From: Patescibacteria group bacterium
GTDB taxonomy: Bacteria; Patescibacteriota; Patescibacteriia; UBA1558; GWA2-36-10
Assembly: GCA_041665545.1 (NCBI GenBank)
Contig: JBAYIQ010000006.1
Span: 1-50,505 of the forward strand
Direction: 5' to 3'
Length of the DNA: 50,505 nucleotides
A model generated the notes under the pieces. The model did not search any database, was not told the DNA's origin, and saw only the letters and a list, made by a program, of their open reading frames with translations. Positions 1-9,834 of the stretch are shown here, in pieces. The translations under genes and the position numbers were made by a program. Numbering within the stretch: position 1 is the first letter of the stretch; each line of letters starts with the position of its first letter.

Positions 1-85
1 AAGCAGAGGGGCAGGCATTTCGGATACCCGGTGATAGGTGATGTTCGCGAAGCGAACGAACCTAGCAGCGGGGGTACCCGCGCGC

Positions 86-121
86 GATAAGTGGAAAGAG
101 CGAAGCGAATTTCCACTTATC
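86..121. repeat. perfect 12-bp-stem hairpin GATAAGTGGAAA-N12-TTTCCACTTATC in the GC-rich window edge
   Basis: Read directly. Preceded by hairpin GTTCGC-gaa-GCGAAC (43-57). The decamer GCGAAGCGAA occurs twice (47-56, 100-109). The region is truncated by the window start. Confidence 0.6.
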
Positions 122-198
122 AGTGTGTTTACGCACCTGTTGACATTGTAGCCAAAATTAGCTAAAAAGTAAATAATAATTATTAATCATAAACAAGT

Positions 199-1098
199 AT
201 GAAGAAAAGCGAACTTGTCCCGCCAAAGCCTTCGGCGAAGGCGGGTGAAGTGGCCAAAAAGCCCCAGTTTTTGGCTAATAGCCACCCTCTAGCCAGTCTA
301 GCGCAGGAGCTTATTATCAGGGGATTTTCCAAAAGGACCATCAAGAGCTACTTATCCCACAATCAGAGATTTTTGGATTTTGTGGCTAAGTCGGCTAGGG
401 AGGTTGATAGTCAGGATATCAAAAACTATTTGCTTTATTTGAAAAGTAAAAATTACACCAACACTTCACTCAATCAAGTCATTTCCGCCCTCAAATTTTA
501 TTATCAACAGATTCTGCATCGGAAGCTGTTTTTTAGTGTTGTTAGGCCAAAAAAAGAAAAGTTTTTACCAACTGTTTTGACTAAGATTGAGATTATAAAA
601 ATAATCAACTGCGCTCACAACTTAAAGCATAAACTTTTATTATCCTTACTTTATGGCTCGGGCTTGCGGGTATCAGAAGTAGTGAAAATAAAAATCAGTC
701 ATTTGGATTTGGTGAGCAAAAGTTTGTTAGTCAAAGACGCCAAGGGCCAAAAAGACCGCTATACATTATTGAGTGGCATTAGTATAAAATTATTAAATTT
801 ATATTTACCAAAATTACCCAACACTCAAAAATATTTATTTAGTGGTATGAGTGGTGAGTCCAGTTTAAGTCAGCGTAGTGCTCAGAAAATATTTGATCAT
901 GCTTTGGCAGAATCTGGCATCAAAAAAGAGGCCAGTTGTCATAGCTTGAGGCATAGTTTTGCTACCCACTTGCTAGAAAGCGGGGTAGATATTCGTTACA
1001 TCCAAAAATTATTGGGCCACCAAAACATCAAGACCACAGAAATATATACTCACGTGGCTAGAAATTTTTGTAGTAATATCAAAAGCCCACTAGATTAA
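199..1098 (+). CDS. tyrosine site-specific recombinase (XerC/XerD / phage-integrase family)
   Basis: 299-aa ORF. N-terminal SAM-like core-binding region (RTIKSYLSHNQRFLDF...ALKFYY). C-terminal catalytic box LLYGSGLRVSE ... HSLRHSFATHLLESGVDIRYIQKLLGH..TEIYTHV. Lacks the long insertion of true integron IntI. TTGACA-17-TAAAAA promoter-like motif at 140-168. Confidence 0.85.
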   Translation: MKKSELVPPKPSAKAGEVAKKPQFLANSHPLASLAQELIIRGFSKRTIKSYLSHNQRFLDFVAKSAREVDSQDIKNYLLYLKSKNYTNTSLNQVISALKFYYQQILHRKLFFSVVRPKKEKFLPTVLTKIEIIKIINCAHNLKHKLLLSLLYGSGLRVSEVVKIKISHLDLVSKSLLVKDAKGQKDRYTLLSGISIKLLNLYLPKLPNTQKYLFSGMSGESSLSQRSAQKIFDHALAESGIKKEASCHSLRHSFATHLLESGVDIRYIQKLLGHQNIKTTEIYTHVARNFCSNIKSPLD

Positions 1099-1284
1099 AA
1101 AAGAAAAAGCCCACTTTTTTAGGGTTTTCTGGCGGGCTTGGCCTTGAAAACTTTACAGAGATATTGTATGTGCTAGTATTAAAAATAAATATACTCAATT
1201 AATACACCGCCTAGTACTTCTAGGACACAGGAAGTATATCAAGGTAATCAAACCATAATTTACAAAATAATTTAAACAAACAAT

Positions 1285-1521
1285 ATGAATCCATTATTTT
1301 ATTTTTTATTCGCCTTAGGTTTTTTTATCATGAGTACCAAGTCGGCTCAGGCCTACCTAGATCCCGGTAGCGGTTCTCTCTTATTTCAGATAATAGTTGG
1401 CGGAGTGCTTAGTGGGCTATTCGCCATAAAATTATATTATAGGAAAATAAAATTATTTTTCAAAAATAAAAAATCTAATAAACAAGAAAATATAGAACAT
1501 AATGATCCAGCAAAAAATTAA
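1285..1521 (+). CDS. small membrane protein with YLDPGSGS motif
   Basis: 78-aa ORF with two hydrophobic segments and a lysine-rich tail. Its end overlaps the start of the next ORF. Confidence 0.4.
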   Translation: MNPLFYFLFALGFFIMSTKSAQAYLDPGSGSLLFQIIVGGVLSGLFAIKLYYRKIKLFFKNKKSNKQENIEHNDPAKN

Positions 1522-2872
1522 AAGTTCGTTTAGAGATTCTAGCGGATTTTTATTTATTAGAGATGGACAATTGTTTCGACAAATAAACAAAAGCTACCAA
1601 GAAGATTATGAGCTACTACTATCTTCTGGTTTGTACCAAAAATTAATTTCTCAAAAATTACTCCTTGATCATCAAGAAGAGGGTCTTTTGGATTTTTATT
1701 CTTCAGACGGCTATAAAATAATAAAACCACGCCAGTTAGATATTATATCCTATCCCTATGAATGGTGTTTTTCCCAGCTCAAAGATGCGGCCTTACTCAC
1801 TTTGCAAATCCAAAAGTTATCCTTAGAGCATGGTCTGTCTCTCAAAGATGCTAGTGCTTATAATGTGCAATTTTATAATGGTCGCCCAATATTTATTGAT
1901 ACTTTATCATTTGAAAAATATAAAGAAGGTCGGCCTTGGTTTGCCTACAAACAATTTTGTCAGCATTTTCTAGCCCCAATAGCCCTGATGTCTTATAAAG
2001 ATTTGAATTTAGGACAATTGGCCAGGATTTTTATAGATGGCGTTGATCTGGGTCTGGCTAGTAAGCTACTGCCAATTTCTAGTAAATTAAATTTTTCTTT
2101 GTTGACCCATATTCATCTACACGCCAAAAGCCAAAAACATTATGCCGATAAAAAGATAAAACATCAGCCAAAAATAAGCCAGCAGGCCGTATTGGCCTTG
2201 ATAGACAATCTAGAATCGGCTGTCAAAAATTTGAAATTTCCTCAGACCAGCACGGAATGGGGAGAGTATTATAGCTTTACCAATTATTCTGATCAGGCCT
2301 TTGACTACAAAAAGGAGTTGGTGGAAGAATTTTTAGAAAAATTAAAACCAAATAATGTTTGGGATCTCGGAGGCAATACAGGGATCTTTAGTCGATTGGC
2401 TAGCGATAAAAATATACCCACTATTTGTTTTGATATAGATTTGGTTGCGGTTGAAAAAAATTATTTATACACCAAAAAAAATAAAGAAAAAAATTTATTG
2501 CCTTTATTTTTAGATCTTACTAATCCTAGTCCAAATATTGGCTGGGCCAATCAAGAGAGAGATTCCTGGCTAGATAGAGGGCCGGCTGACACCTTGATGG
2601 CTCTCGCTTTGATTCATCATTTGGCCATATCAAATAATTTGCCTTTTGATAAGATTGCTAGCTATTTTAGTAGTTTGGGAAATAATTTAATTATAGAATT
2701 TGTCCCTAAAGATGATTCTAAAGTAGAAAAATTATTAGCCACTCGAGAAGATATATTTTCTGAATATGATCAAGCTCATTTTGAAGAGGCCTTCGCTAGA
2801 TATTTTAATATCAAAGAATCAAAAAATATCAAAGAATCAAAAAGATGCTTGTATTTAATGACTAAAAAATAA
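1502..2872 (+). CDS. class I SAM-dependent methyltransferase with large N-terminal domain
   Basis: 456-aa ORF with the glycine-rich SAM motif VWDLGGNTGIFSRLA in the C-terminal half. In-frame 18-bp tandem duplication (NIKESK x2) at 2807-2842. Confidence 0.6.
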   Translation: MIQQKIKSSFRDSSGFLFIRDGQLFRQINKSYQEDYELLLSSGLYQKLISQKLLLDHQEEGLLDFYSSDGYKIIKPRQLDIISYPYEWCFSQLKDAALLTLQIQKLSLEHGLSLKDASAYNVQFYNGRPIFIDTLSFEKYKEGRPWFAYKQFCQHFLAPIALMSYKDLNLGQLARIFIDGVDLGLASKLLPISSKLNFSLLTHIHLHAKSQKHYADKKIKHQPKISQQAVLALIDNLESAVKNLKFPQTSTEWGEYYSFTNYSDQAFDYKKELVEEFLEKLKPNNVWDLGGNTGIFSRLASDKNIPTICFDIDLVAVEKNYLYTKKNKEKNLLPLFLDLTNPSPNIGWANQERDSWLDRGPADTLMALALIHHLAISNNLPFDKIASYFSSLGNNLIIEFVPKDDSKVEKLLATREDIFSEYDQAHFEEAFARYFNIKESKNIKESKRCLYLMTKK

Positions 2873-4434
2873 TGAAAAAAGATATTTTATTTCATCCTTG
2901 GCTTTTCGTCTTGATACCTATCATAAGTTTATTTGAAAATAATCAAGATATTGCCACTGCTCAATACTTGCCAAAGCCAATTATTATTTCTTTGTTAGGT
3001 GCTAGCGTTCTTTTTTTTACAATAAACATTATTATAAAAAATAAATACAAAAGCTCAATCATTAGCTCAATAATTATTATTTCTTTTTTTTATTTTTATT
3101 CATTTTCTGATATATTTTTTGTCCTAGACTCATATCTAGCTCAGGGATTAATATTTTACCAATCACTAGCCCTGGTGGTTTATGTTTTTACCATCATAGC
3201 CCTAGGTTTTGTCATTGCCTATAGTACTCATAAATTTGATAACACTAATAAACTCTTAAACTTTTTTGCTGGTGTAATAGTTATTTTACAGGTATTTAAT
3301 ATTGCCAATTATCAATACCAACACCAGGGAAGTATTGTGGATCAGATTAATTTTAAAGACCAACAAGCAGGTGAAAATAGTGAAATAAAAAATGTCGATA
3401 ATCTGCCAGATGTTTATTACATAATACTGGACGGCTATGCTAGGCAGGATGTTTTAAAAGATATTTATAATTATGATAATAGTGATTTTATAAATTTCCT
3501 AAAAACCAAAGGATTTTTTGTGGCTGATGATTCTACTTCAAATTATAACCAAACTTTTTTGTCTTTGGCTAGCACATTAAATATAAATTATTTAGATGAG
3601 GTGGCCACCAAAGTCGGCCATGAATCAAGTGATAGAGCCGTACTCAAAAAATTAATCAGTGATAATACGGTTAATGATTTTTTTAAAGCCAAGGGCTACA
3701 CTTTTGTCTCTCTACCATCTACTTGGGTTGGAACATACAAAAATATTAAATCGGATATTTATTTAGCTAATAATTTAAGACAAAATGATTTTGAGGCCCT
3801 ATTAGTTAAAAAAACTCCCTTATTTTTGTTTTCGTCAGGAGCCCAAGTTAAGGACATAGCCATATACATAGAAACTTTTTTAGATAAAATACCGGAAATT
3901 GCTAGCATAGAAGCTCCAACTTTTAGCTACATACACATACTATCACCTCATCCGCCATTTATATTTGAATCAAACGGGCAGGTTGCAGATATTGCCACAA
4001 CATGCTTGGACGGTACAGATGGTAGCTACTATTTTGATGTTTGTCCCGGCGGGGTAGAGAAGTATCAAAAACAATATGTGAGTCAATTATCCTATTTGAA
4101 TAAACGTTTTGAAAATATTATAAATAAAATATTAACCACCTCTAAAACTCCGCCGATTATTATTTTACAAAGTGATCACGGCCCGGGATCAATGTTGGAT
4201 TGGGATAGTCTGAAAAATAGTAATACAGTCGAAAGAATGAGCATATTGAATGCCTATTATGTGCCAGTAGAAACAAAAAAAATGCTTTATCCAAGCATTA
4301 CTCCAGTTAATACTTTTAGGGTGCTATTCAATTCAGTGTTTGGTGCTAACTTCGAAATTCTAGAAGATAAAAATTATTTTGCTACTTGGGGTAGGCCTTA
4401 TGACTTTGTCGATGTCACTAGTCAGGTAAAATAA
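2872..4434 (+). CDS. polytopic membrane protein with sulfatase / alkaline-phosphatase-superfamily domain (LTA-synthase or phosphoethanolamine-transferase-like)
   Basis: 520-aa ORF. About 5 N-terminal TM segments, then YYIILDGYARQD, ILSPHPPFIF and LQSDHGPG motifs typical of sulfatase-fold enzymes. Start overlaps the previous stop (TAATG). Confidence 0.6.
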   Translation: MKKDILFHPWLFVLIPIISLFENNQDIATAQYLPKPIIISLLGASVLFFTINIIIKNKYKSSIISSIIIISFFYFYSFSDIFFVLDSYLAQGLIFYQSLALVVYVFTIIALGFVIAYSTHKFDNTNKLLNFFAGVIVILQVFNIANYQYQHQGSIVDQINFKDQQAGENSEIKNVDNLPDVYYIILDGYARQDVLKDIYNYDNSDFINFLKTKGFFVADDSTSNYNQTFLSLASTLNINYLDEVATKVGHESSDRAVLKKLISDNTVNDFFKAKGYTFVSLPSTWVGTYKNIKSDIYLANNLRQNDFEALLVKKTPLFLFSSGAQVKDIAIYIETFLDKIPEIASIEAPTFSYIHILSPHPPFIFESNGQVADIATTCLDGTDGSYYFDVCPGGVEKYQKQYVSQLSYLNKRFENIINKILTTSKTPPIIILQSDHGPGSMLDWDSLKNSNTVERMSILNAYYVPVETKKMLYPSITPVNTFRVLFNSVFGANFEILEDKNYFATWGRPYDFVDVTSQVK

Positions 4435-4471
4435 AAAAGTCCCCTGGATTAAAAAAGAGCCTTGCGGCTCT

Positions 4472-5131
4472 TTATTTAGTAGTTACTATGGTGCATTTAT
4501 TATTTTGGCAAGCTATTTTAGCACCTCCACAGTCCAAGGGTACCTGACAACTCATATCACAAGCTATGGCCGTGCAATCAGGAGCGTTATTTTTATTGAC
4601 CACGCTAGTCGGATGACAGCAAGTAGCGGCTACGCAGTCAGCGTCAGTTTGGCAACTAGTTAGGTCAGCGGTGTTTTTGAGCAGATTAATTTTTAGCTTG
4701 GCATAGGTTTCGTGATCAGTATTAATGATGGTGGTCTGATAACCAAAGGCTTGAAGCAAATTTAAGCCCTCTCGCACCTCACTCTTAAAAGTATGTTTAA
4801 AAGTAATGCCGACCCCTGACCAGAGACACATTGCCCCGTCTGGACAAGGTGAATTAAAAAACTGGGTGATAGTGATTTTATAGTCGGTATTTTTGACAAG
4901 GGCTAATTGATTTTTGTGTAAAGTAAATTCTTCATCCAAACTAATGTATTGATCGGAATTATTATTTATTACCTCATTGGTGTTTTGATTAGTATTATCA
5001 TTTACATTTACAACTTGGTTAGCGTTTTGCTGGTCATTAGTATTTGGCAAAGTTGTTTTTGGTTTTGATAATGTGCAGGCCGATAAAATAAAAATGGAGC
5101 CAAGTAATATTAATATTTTTAATTTTTTCAT
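4472..5131 (-). CDS. lipoprotein with Cys-rich C-terminal domain
   Basis: Trimmed to the internal ATG. MKKLKILILLGSIFILSAC is a signal peptide plus lipobox Cys. Asn/Gln-rich linker. The C-terminus has about 12 Cys. Confidence 0.6.
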   Translation of the reverse strand: MKKLKILILLGSIFILSACTLSKPKTTLPNTNDQQNANQVVNVNDNTNQNTNEVINNNSDQYISLDEEFTLHKNQLALVKNTDYKITITQFFNSPCPDGAMCLWSGVGITFKHTFKSEVREGLNLLQAFGYQTTIINTDHETYAKLKINLLKNTADLTSCQTDADCVAATCCHPTSVVNKNNAPDCTAIACDMSCQVPLDCGGAKIACQNNKCTIVTTK

Positions 5132-5234
5132 ATTTTTTTGTAGCTTATGAATTAAATTCGCTTTACTCGGTACAGAAACATCTATTAACATACTATCTTA
5201 AATAATAAATTAAGTAAACAAAAAAAACAGGTAT

Positions 5235-5262
5235 TTGACAATTTTTTACAATATGATATTAT
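5235..5262 (+). promoter_or_regulatory. orphan sigma70-like promoter TTGACA-16-TATTAT
   Basis: TTGACA 5235-5240, TATTAT 5257-5262. No plus-strand ORF follows, only a hairpin-rich ~50 nt ending in a T-run. Confidence 0.45.
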
Positions 5263-5268
5263 GCTGTT

Positions 5269-5320
5269 GAAGACTTTCGGCCGTGGTTTATAAACCACAA
5301 GCTGGCGGAGGGTCTTTTTA
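5269..5320 (+). ncRNA. candidate small RNA (promoter + nested hairpin + T-run)
   Basis: AAGAC (5270-5274) pairs with GTCTT (5312-5316), enclosing the perfect hairpin GTGGTTTATAAACCAC (5283-5298). Followed by TTTTT. Convergent with the 3' end of the minus-strand ORF 5318-5734. Confidence 0.3.
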
Positions 5321-5734
5321 GTTATCTGCTGGGAATATTGATATTAACCATTTCTGCCCACTTTTTCTTTCTTCCTTTATTTGCACAAAAAAAAGATCTT
5401 TATCTTTAGTTATTCCAGCAAAGCGATGTAGTATTTCCGATTTTTTGTTAGGATTTTCCTTAGAAGCTGGTTCATATCTGGAATTACAAATTAGTTCAAT
5501 AGCACACGGAAAGTATTTGAGTCGCCTAGTCTTATCTCGGAAGTTAAGTTTATTATATAGATGTTGCCAAAACAATTCTAAAAATATTTTATCTTTATTA
5601 AAATAAGCCGATCTCACATATGGTCGTCTTTTTGTTTTTACCTTAATTTGTTTGTAAATTTTTTGAGCTTTGGCGGAGATTTCTTTAAAATTAGTCCCGC
5701 CAAGTTTGTCAGACTTAGTCTTGTAAACTTTCAT
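5318..5734 (-). CDS. hypothetical basic protein (138 aa)
   Basis: Clean ORF in host-like composition. No domain recognised. Confidence 0.5.
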   Translation of the reverse strand: MKVYKTKSDKLGGTNFKEISAKAQKIYKQIKVKTKRRPYVRSAYFNKDKIFLELFWQHLYNKLNFRDKTRRLKYFPCAIELICNSRYEPASKENPNKKSEILHRFAGITKDKDLFFVQIKEERKSGQKWLISIFPADN

Positions 5735-5774
5735 ATAATCGCTTTTCTTAAACTATTATATTTTTAGGATGTTT

Positions 5775-6137
5775 TTATTCGAAATTTTTTCTAATTATTT
5801 TTTCCACATCTTTTTGTAATTGTGCCAGATCTTCGGCTGTACCATCAAATCCGGGTATTGGCTGATAGGGATGATATTTGAATTGAACTTTCTTAATTTT
5901 TCCAGCTTCGTCAAAAAAGATGTCGCCCTCTGTCAATGAATCATCTAGATTAACCCCGTAAGCTTTAGCTACATGTTCATGCGACTCTGGACTAATAAAA
6001 ATTTTAAAAATGGAGGTAACAGAAAATTTAAGACGGGTCTGGCTGTGTTTATCACTGGCCGTCATGTCACAAAGGGTTATCTCTAAAAAATCTTCATAGT
6101 TTTTTCGTGGTGTTTCTGCACCAAATTTATTTTCCAT
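5775..6137 (-). CDS. hypothetical protein (120 aa)
   Basis: Clean ORF immediately downstream of ftsH on the same strand. No domain recognised. Confidence 0.5.
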   Translation of the reverse strand: MENKFGAETPRKNYEDFLEITLCDMTASDKHSQTRLKFSVTSIFKIFISPESHEHVAKAYGVNLDDSLTEGDIFFDEAGKIKKVQFKYHPYQPIPGFDGTAEDLAQLQKDVEKIIRKNFE

Positions 6138-6179
6138 GGTATTAATATAAAATCCTCGCCTAGTGGCGGGGAGGGTTAT

Positions 6180-7985
6180 TTAAGCCATCAGAGCAGCAAA
6201 CTCTTCTTTTTCAATAGTCTCTTTTTCGATCAGAGTAGCGACTATTTTTTCTATCTTAGCTTTATTATCATGAATAGTTTTTTCAGCCGTCTTGAGAGCA
6301 GTTTTTATGTAGTTAGAAATTTCTTCATCTATTACTTCAGCGGTTTTTTCGCTGTAGTCGCGACGCTCGTGAATTTCTTTGCCCAAGAAAATCATTTCTT
6401 CTTTTTCGCCAAAGGTGCGAGGTCCGAGTTTTTGGTCCATGCCATACTGAGTCACTATTTGTCTAGCCATTTGTGTGACCTTTTTCAGGTCATTGCTAGC
6501 ACCAGTGGTCACTTCATCGAAGAATATTTTTTCAGCCGCAAAGCCACCCAGCAAGACAGCCATGTTGTCAATAAAATCCGAGTAGCTGTGCATCTTTTTT
6601 TCTTCGTCAGGCAAGTTGATAGTATAGCCCGCGGCTCGTCCGCGAGAAATGATAGATATTTTGTGTACGGGATCAGAGTGGGGCAAGACATGGGAGATCA
6701 AAGCATGACCAGCTTCATGGTAGGCCGTGATTTTCTTTTCTTTTTCTGACAAGATGTAGGATTTTCTCTGCCGACCCAAGAGCACGCGTTCAATAGATTC
6801 CAAAACATCTTGGCCTAAGATTTTTTTCTCGTTTCTTTTGGCTACCACAATGGCGGCTTCGTTTAACAAGTTGGCTAGATCAGCGCCAGAAAATCCCGGA
6901 GTTCTTTGGGCCACGGTTTTTAAGTTGACGTCTTCAGCTAGCGGTTTGTTCTTGGCGTGGATTTTTAATATTTCTTCGCGGTCTTTGATGTCTGGTAAGT
7001 CAATCACTACTTGGCGATCAAAACGGCCCGGTCTCAAAAGGGCTGGGTCCAAGACATCAGGTCGGTTGGTAGCGGCAATGACAATAATATTGGTTTGGTT
7101 ATCAAAACCATCCATCTCTACCAATATCTGATTTAAAGTTTGTTCGCGTTCATCATGCGAGCCCCCGAGGCCGGCGCCTCTTTGGCGTCCGACAGCGTCA
7201 ATTTCATCAATGAAAATCAGACAAGGAGCGGCTTTTTTGGCTTTTTTGAATAAATCGCGGACACGAGAAGCGCCCACACCCACAAACATTTCCACAAACT
7301 CCGATCCAGAGATATGAAAGAAGGGCACTTTGGCTTCACCAGCCACAGCGCGAGCGAGTAGGGTTTTGCCAGTACCGGGCGCGCCAAGCAACAAGACACC
7401 GCGCGGAATTTTGGCACCAACATCAATAAATTTTTGTGGATTTTTCAAAAAGTCGACAATTTCTTTGAGGTCTTCTTTGGCTTCTTGAGCGCCAGCTACA
7501 TCACCAAAGTTTACTTTGTTGTTTTGGGAGGCCATCTTGGCGCCGGATTGTCCAAAAGACATAGCGCGATTGTTGACGCCCTGCACTTGGCGCATCATAA
7601 ACCAAACTACAGCAATAATAATAATCAAGGGCAGGAGATAGGGCAGGATAGCCAGCCACCAGATATTGTCGCTGTTTTCATCTTTGACCGAAATATTAGC
7701 GGCCGCAATTTTGTCTGCAGAGACGCCATAATTTTTGAGCATGTCGCTGAGTGGTTCATTAGTTTCTTTGCGAGTAGTTTCAGTAGTATTATCTTGCAGA
7801 GTTACCTCCAGTTTACTGCCAGTGACCGTGATGTTTTTCACTTGGTCAGCATTGATTTGGCTGACCAATTTAGCCACACTTACTTCTGTTGGTTTTTTGC
7901 TAGAGCTGTCAAAAAAACTGAAAATGCCCAATAGCAAAACTAGCATTAGAAAAAATATGGCAATATTTTTTATATTTTTGTTCAT
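6180..7985 (-). CDS. ftsH: ATP-dependent zinc metalloprotease FtsH
   Basis: Two TM segments, AAA+ Walker A GAPGTGKT, Walker B IIFIDEID, SRH, and the zinc site HEAGHAL. Confidence 0.97.
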   Translation of the reverse strand: MNKNIKNIAIFFLMLVLLLGIFSFFDSSSKKPTEVSVAKLVSQINADQVKNITVTGSKLEVTLQDNTTETTRKETNEPLSDMLKNYGVSADKIAAANISVKDENSDNIWWLAILPYLLPLIIIIAVVWFMMRQVQGVNNRAMSFGQSGAKMASQNNKVNFGDVAGAQEAKEDLKEIVDFLKNPQKFIDVGAKIPRGVLLLGAPGTGKTLLARAVAGEAKVPFFHISGSEFVEMFVGVGASRVRDLFKKAKKAAPCLIFIDEIDAVGRQRGAGLGGSHDEREQTLNQILVEMDGFDNQTNIIVIAATNRPDVLDPALLRPGRFDRQVVIDLPDIKDREEILKIHAKNKPLAEDVNLKTVAQRTPGFSGADLANLLNEAAIVVAKRNEKKILGQDVLESIERVLLGRQRKSYILSEKEKKITAYHEAGHALISHVLPHSDPVHKISIISRGRAAGYTINLPDEEKKMHSYSDFIDNMAVLLGGFAAEKIFFDEVTTGASNDLKKVTQMARQIVTQYGMDQKLGPRTFGEKEEMIFLGKEIHERRDYSEKTAEVIDEEISNYIKTALKTAEKTIHDNKAKIEKIVATLIEKETIEKEEFAALMA

Positions 7986-8091
7986 CCGGTTAGAAATTTA
8001 GATAATTAAATCTTTACTTGCCAAAGTAAAATTTTGTTAAATATTTTTTACACATTTTACTAAACATTGTCCGGTGAATTTCTAACCGGAT
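7984..8091 (-). promoter_or_regulatory. 15-bp perfect inverted repeat in the ftsH leader that includes the first two nt of the start codon
   Basis: 7984-7998 (ATCCGGTTAGAAATT) is the exact reverse complement of 8077-8091. The arms are 78 nt apart. The ftsH ATG is the complement of 7983-7985. Confidence 0.6.
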
Positions 8092-8147
8092 TCATAGCAT
8101 TATTGATATATTTAATTTTAGCACCAAAAACGAATAATGTCCCGCTT

Positions 8148-9452
8148 TTATTCTTTAGTTACTTCAACAGGAGTTGTTTCAGTTGGAGCTGTTTCTGCAG
8201 GAGCGCTTTCCTCAGCCGGGACTGTTTTTTTGGCCTTGGTTTCTTTTTTCACAGCCGGCTTTTCTTCCTTCCCGCCCGAGGCGGGTCCGCCTTTGGCGGG
8301 TTCCTCATTTTCTTTTGATTCCTCTTTACTTTCGGCCTTGGTTTTTTTTGGTCCTTTGAGTGATAGACCCAAACGATGGTTTTCTGGCTCAATGGTCAAG
8401 ATAGTGAAGTCATAATTTTCACCAACCTTGATAGCGGCATCAGGAGAATTGATTTTTTTGTCGCTCAATTCTGAAATGTGTACTAAGCCGTGGATATCAT
8501 GATCCAGCTCCACAAAAGCGCCAAAAGGATTGACCTTCAAAACTTTGCCACGAACCTTATCGTTGACTTTGTAGCGCTCTTGAACTTTGATCCAAGGGTC
8601 TTTTTGTAATTTTTTTATAGATAAAGAAATTTTAGTTTCTTCAATTTCAATAATCTCGGCTTCTACTTGCTCGCCAACTTTGATAATATCGCGAGGGTCG
8701 TCAATGCGTTGCCAAGCCAATTCTGAAATATGGACCAAGCCCTCTAGGCCATCGCCAAATTCCACAAAAGCACCAAAGTTCACCACGCCAGTGACGCGGC
8801 CCTTGATTTTGTCGCCAACTTTGAATTGGGAGACTACTTTTTTTTGCTTGTCATCCCAAGCAGCCTTTTCTGAGACAATCAGTTTTTCATCTTTTTCATT
8901 AACATCAATAATTTTGGTTTTCAACATCTGATTGGCAAAGCTTTTCAAGTGAGTCAAGATTTTATTCTTGTCTCCGCCATCAATGCGAGGGTAGTGTTCA
9001 ATAGTCAGCTGGGATACTGGCAAGAAGCCAATGACATTGCCTAATTTGATCATCAGACCGCCTTTGTTGGCATCAATGACTTTGCAGTCAACGATTTCGC
9101 CTGTCTTGTATAGTTTTTCCAAATTATCCCAAGCTTTTTTGTGACCAGCTTCGCGCAAGGATAATTCCATGTAGCCATTTTCATTGTCCAAGCCCACGAC
9201 AGTAGCGTGAGCTTTGTCACCAACTTTCAAATTGGAAAATTCAGTGGATTCATCATAGATTTCACGACCACGAATAATACCGGTAGTAATACCGGCTAGG
9301 TCTAGATAAATCTCATTTTTAGAGATACTGATCACAGTACCTTCCACCAAATCGCCAACTCGCGGAACTTTTATAGCGTTATCTTGTTCCAGCAACACAT
9401 CCATAGGATGGTCTGATTTAACAGTTTTAACGGTGGGTTTTTTGCTTATCAT
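8148..9452 (-). CDS. rpsA: 30S ribosomal protein S1 (four S1 domains, low-complexity K/E/P/A tail)
   Basis: Repeated S1 OB-fold signatures (VGD.V.G.V..I...G.FV.L; GLVHISEL twice). Confidence 0.9.
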   Translation of the reverse strand: MISKKPTVKTVKSDHPMDVLLEQDNAIKVPRVGDLVEGTVISISKNEIYLDLAGITTGIIRGREIYDESTEFSNLKVGDKAHATVVGLDNENGYMELSLREAGHKKAWDNLEKLYKTGEIVDCKVIDANKGGLMIKLGNVIGFLPVSQLTIEHYPRIDGGDKNKILTHLKSFANQMLKTKIIDVNEKDEKLIVSEKAAWDDKQKKVVSQFKVGDKIKGRVTGVVNFGAFVEFGDGLEGLVHISELAWQRIDDPRDIIKVGEQVEAEIIEIEETKISLSIKKLQKDPWIKVQERYKVNDKVRGKVLKVNPFGAFVELDHDIHGLVHISELSDKKINSPDAAIKVGENYDFTILTIEPENHRLGLSLKGPKKTKAESKEESKENEEPAKGGPASGGKEEKPAVKKETKAKKTVPAEESAPAETAPTETTPVEVTKE

Positions 9453-9585
9453 TTAATTATTAAGTGTTAACCTGTGACCGGAGTCACAAGTTCTTGGGGT
9501 GCGAGCAAAAATTCACAAGCCAAGATGTTTGATTAATAAAATTTAAGTTGCTTTATATTAACACAAAGTTTCAAATAAATCAAGG

Positions 9586-9699
9586 GGCTGGCCCCTTCCA
9601 CTGTCATTCCCGCGAAAGCGGGAATCTACCATTGTTATACCAATGGCAAATCAATGGTAGATCCCGGATCAAGTCCGGGATGACAATGAGGGGCCAGCC
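9586..9699. repeat. GTCA...TGAC nested-palindrome element, copy R1
   Basis: Core 9603-9684: GTCA-TTCCCGCgaaaGCGGGAA-TCTACCATTG..CAATGGTAGA-TCCCGGAtcaagTCCGGGA-TGAC. Outer 11-bp stem GGCTGGCCCCT (9586-9596) / AGGGGCCAGCC (9689-9699). Confidence 0.85.
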
Positions 9700-9834
9700 G
9701 GCTATTAAAAGAGAGGATATTATTCCCTAAAAAGCCCTATTTTTAGGCATATTTTTGCCTATTTTTGTATTTACAACTATCATAAATTATGATAAAATAA
9801 AGGCGATTTAATAAGTTTAAATAGCTTAAAAATT

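Noticed and set aside
2807-2842. Perfect 18-bp tandem duplication AATATCAAAGAATCAAAA x2
   Set aside because: It is an in-frame duplication (NIKESK x2) in the low-complexity tail of the methyltransferase. It is probably replication slippage and not a separate feature.
6270-7934. ORFs 6270-6749(+), 6509-6691(-), 6838-7131(+), 7217-7426(-), 7434-7934(+), 7735-8001(+)
   Set aside because: All lie inside or antisense to the strongly supported ftsH gene. They have low-complexity or unnatural composition and no start context, so they are shadow ORFs.
8067-8931. ORFs 8067-8318, 8137-8415, 8174-8359 and 8587-8931 (+)
   Set aside because: Antisense to rpsA. They read through its low-complexity tail and are shadow ORFs.
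9548-9730. 60-aa ORF spanning element R1
   Set aside because: It reads straight through a nested palindrome and starts with a non-ATG codon with no SD. The palindromic repeat explains the sequence better.
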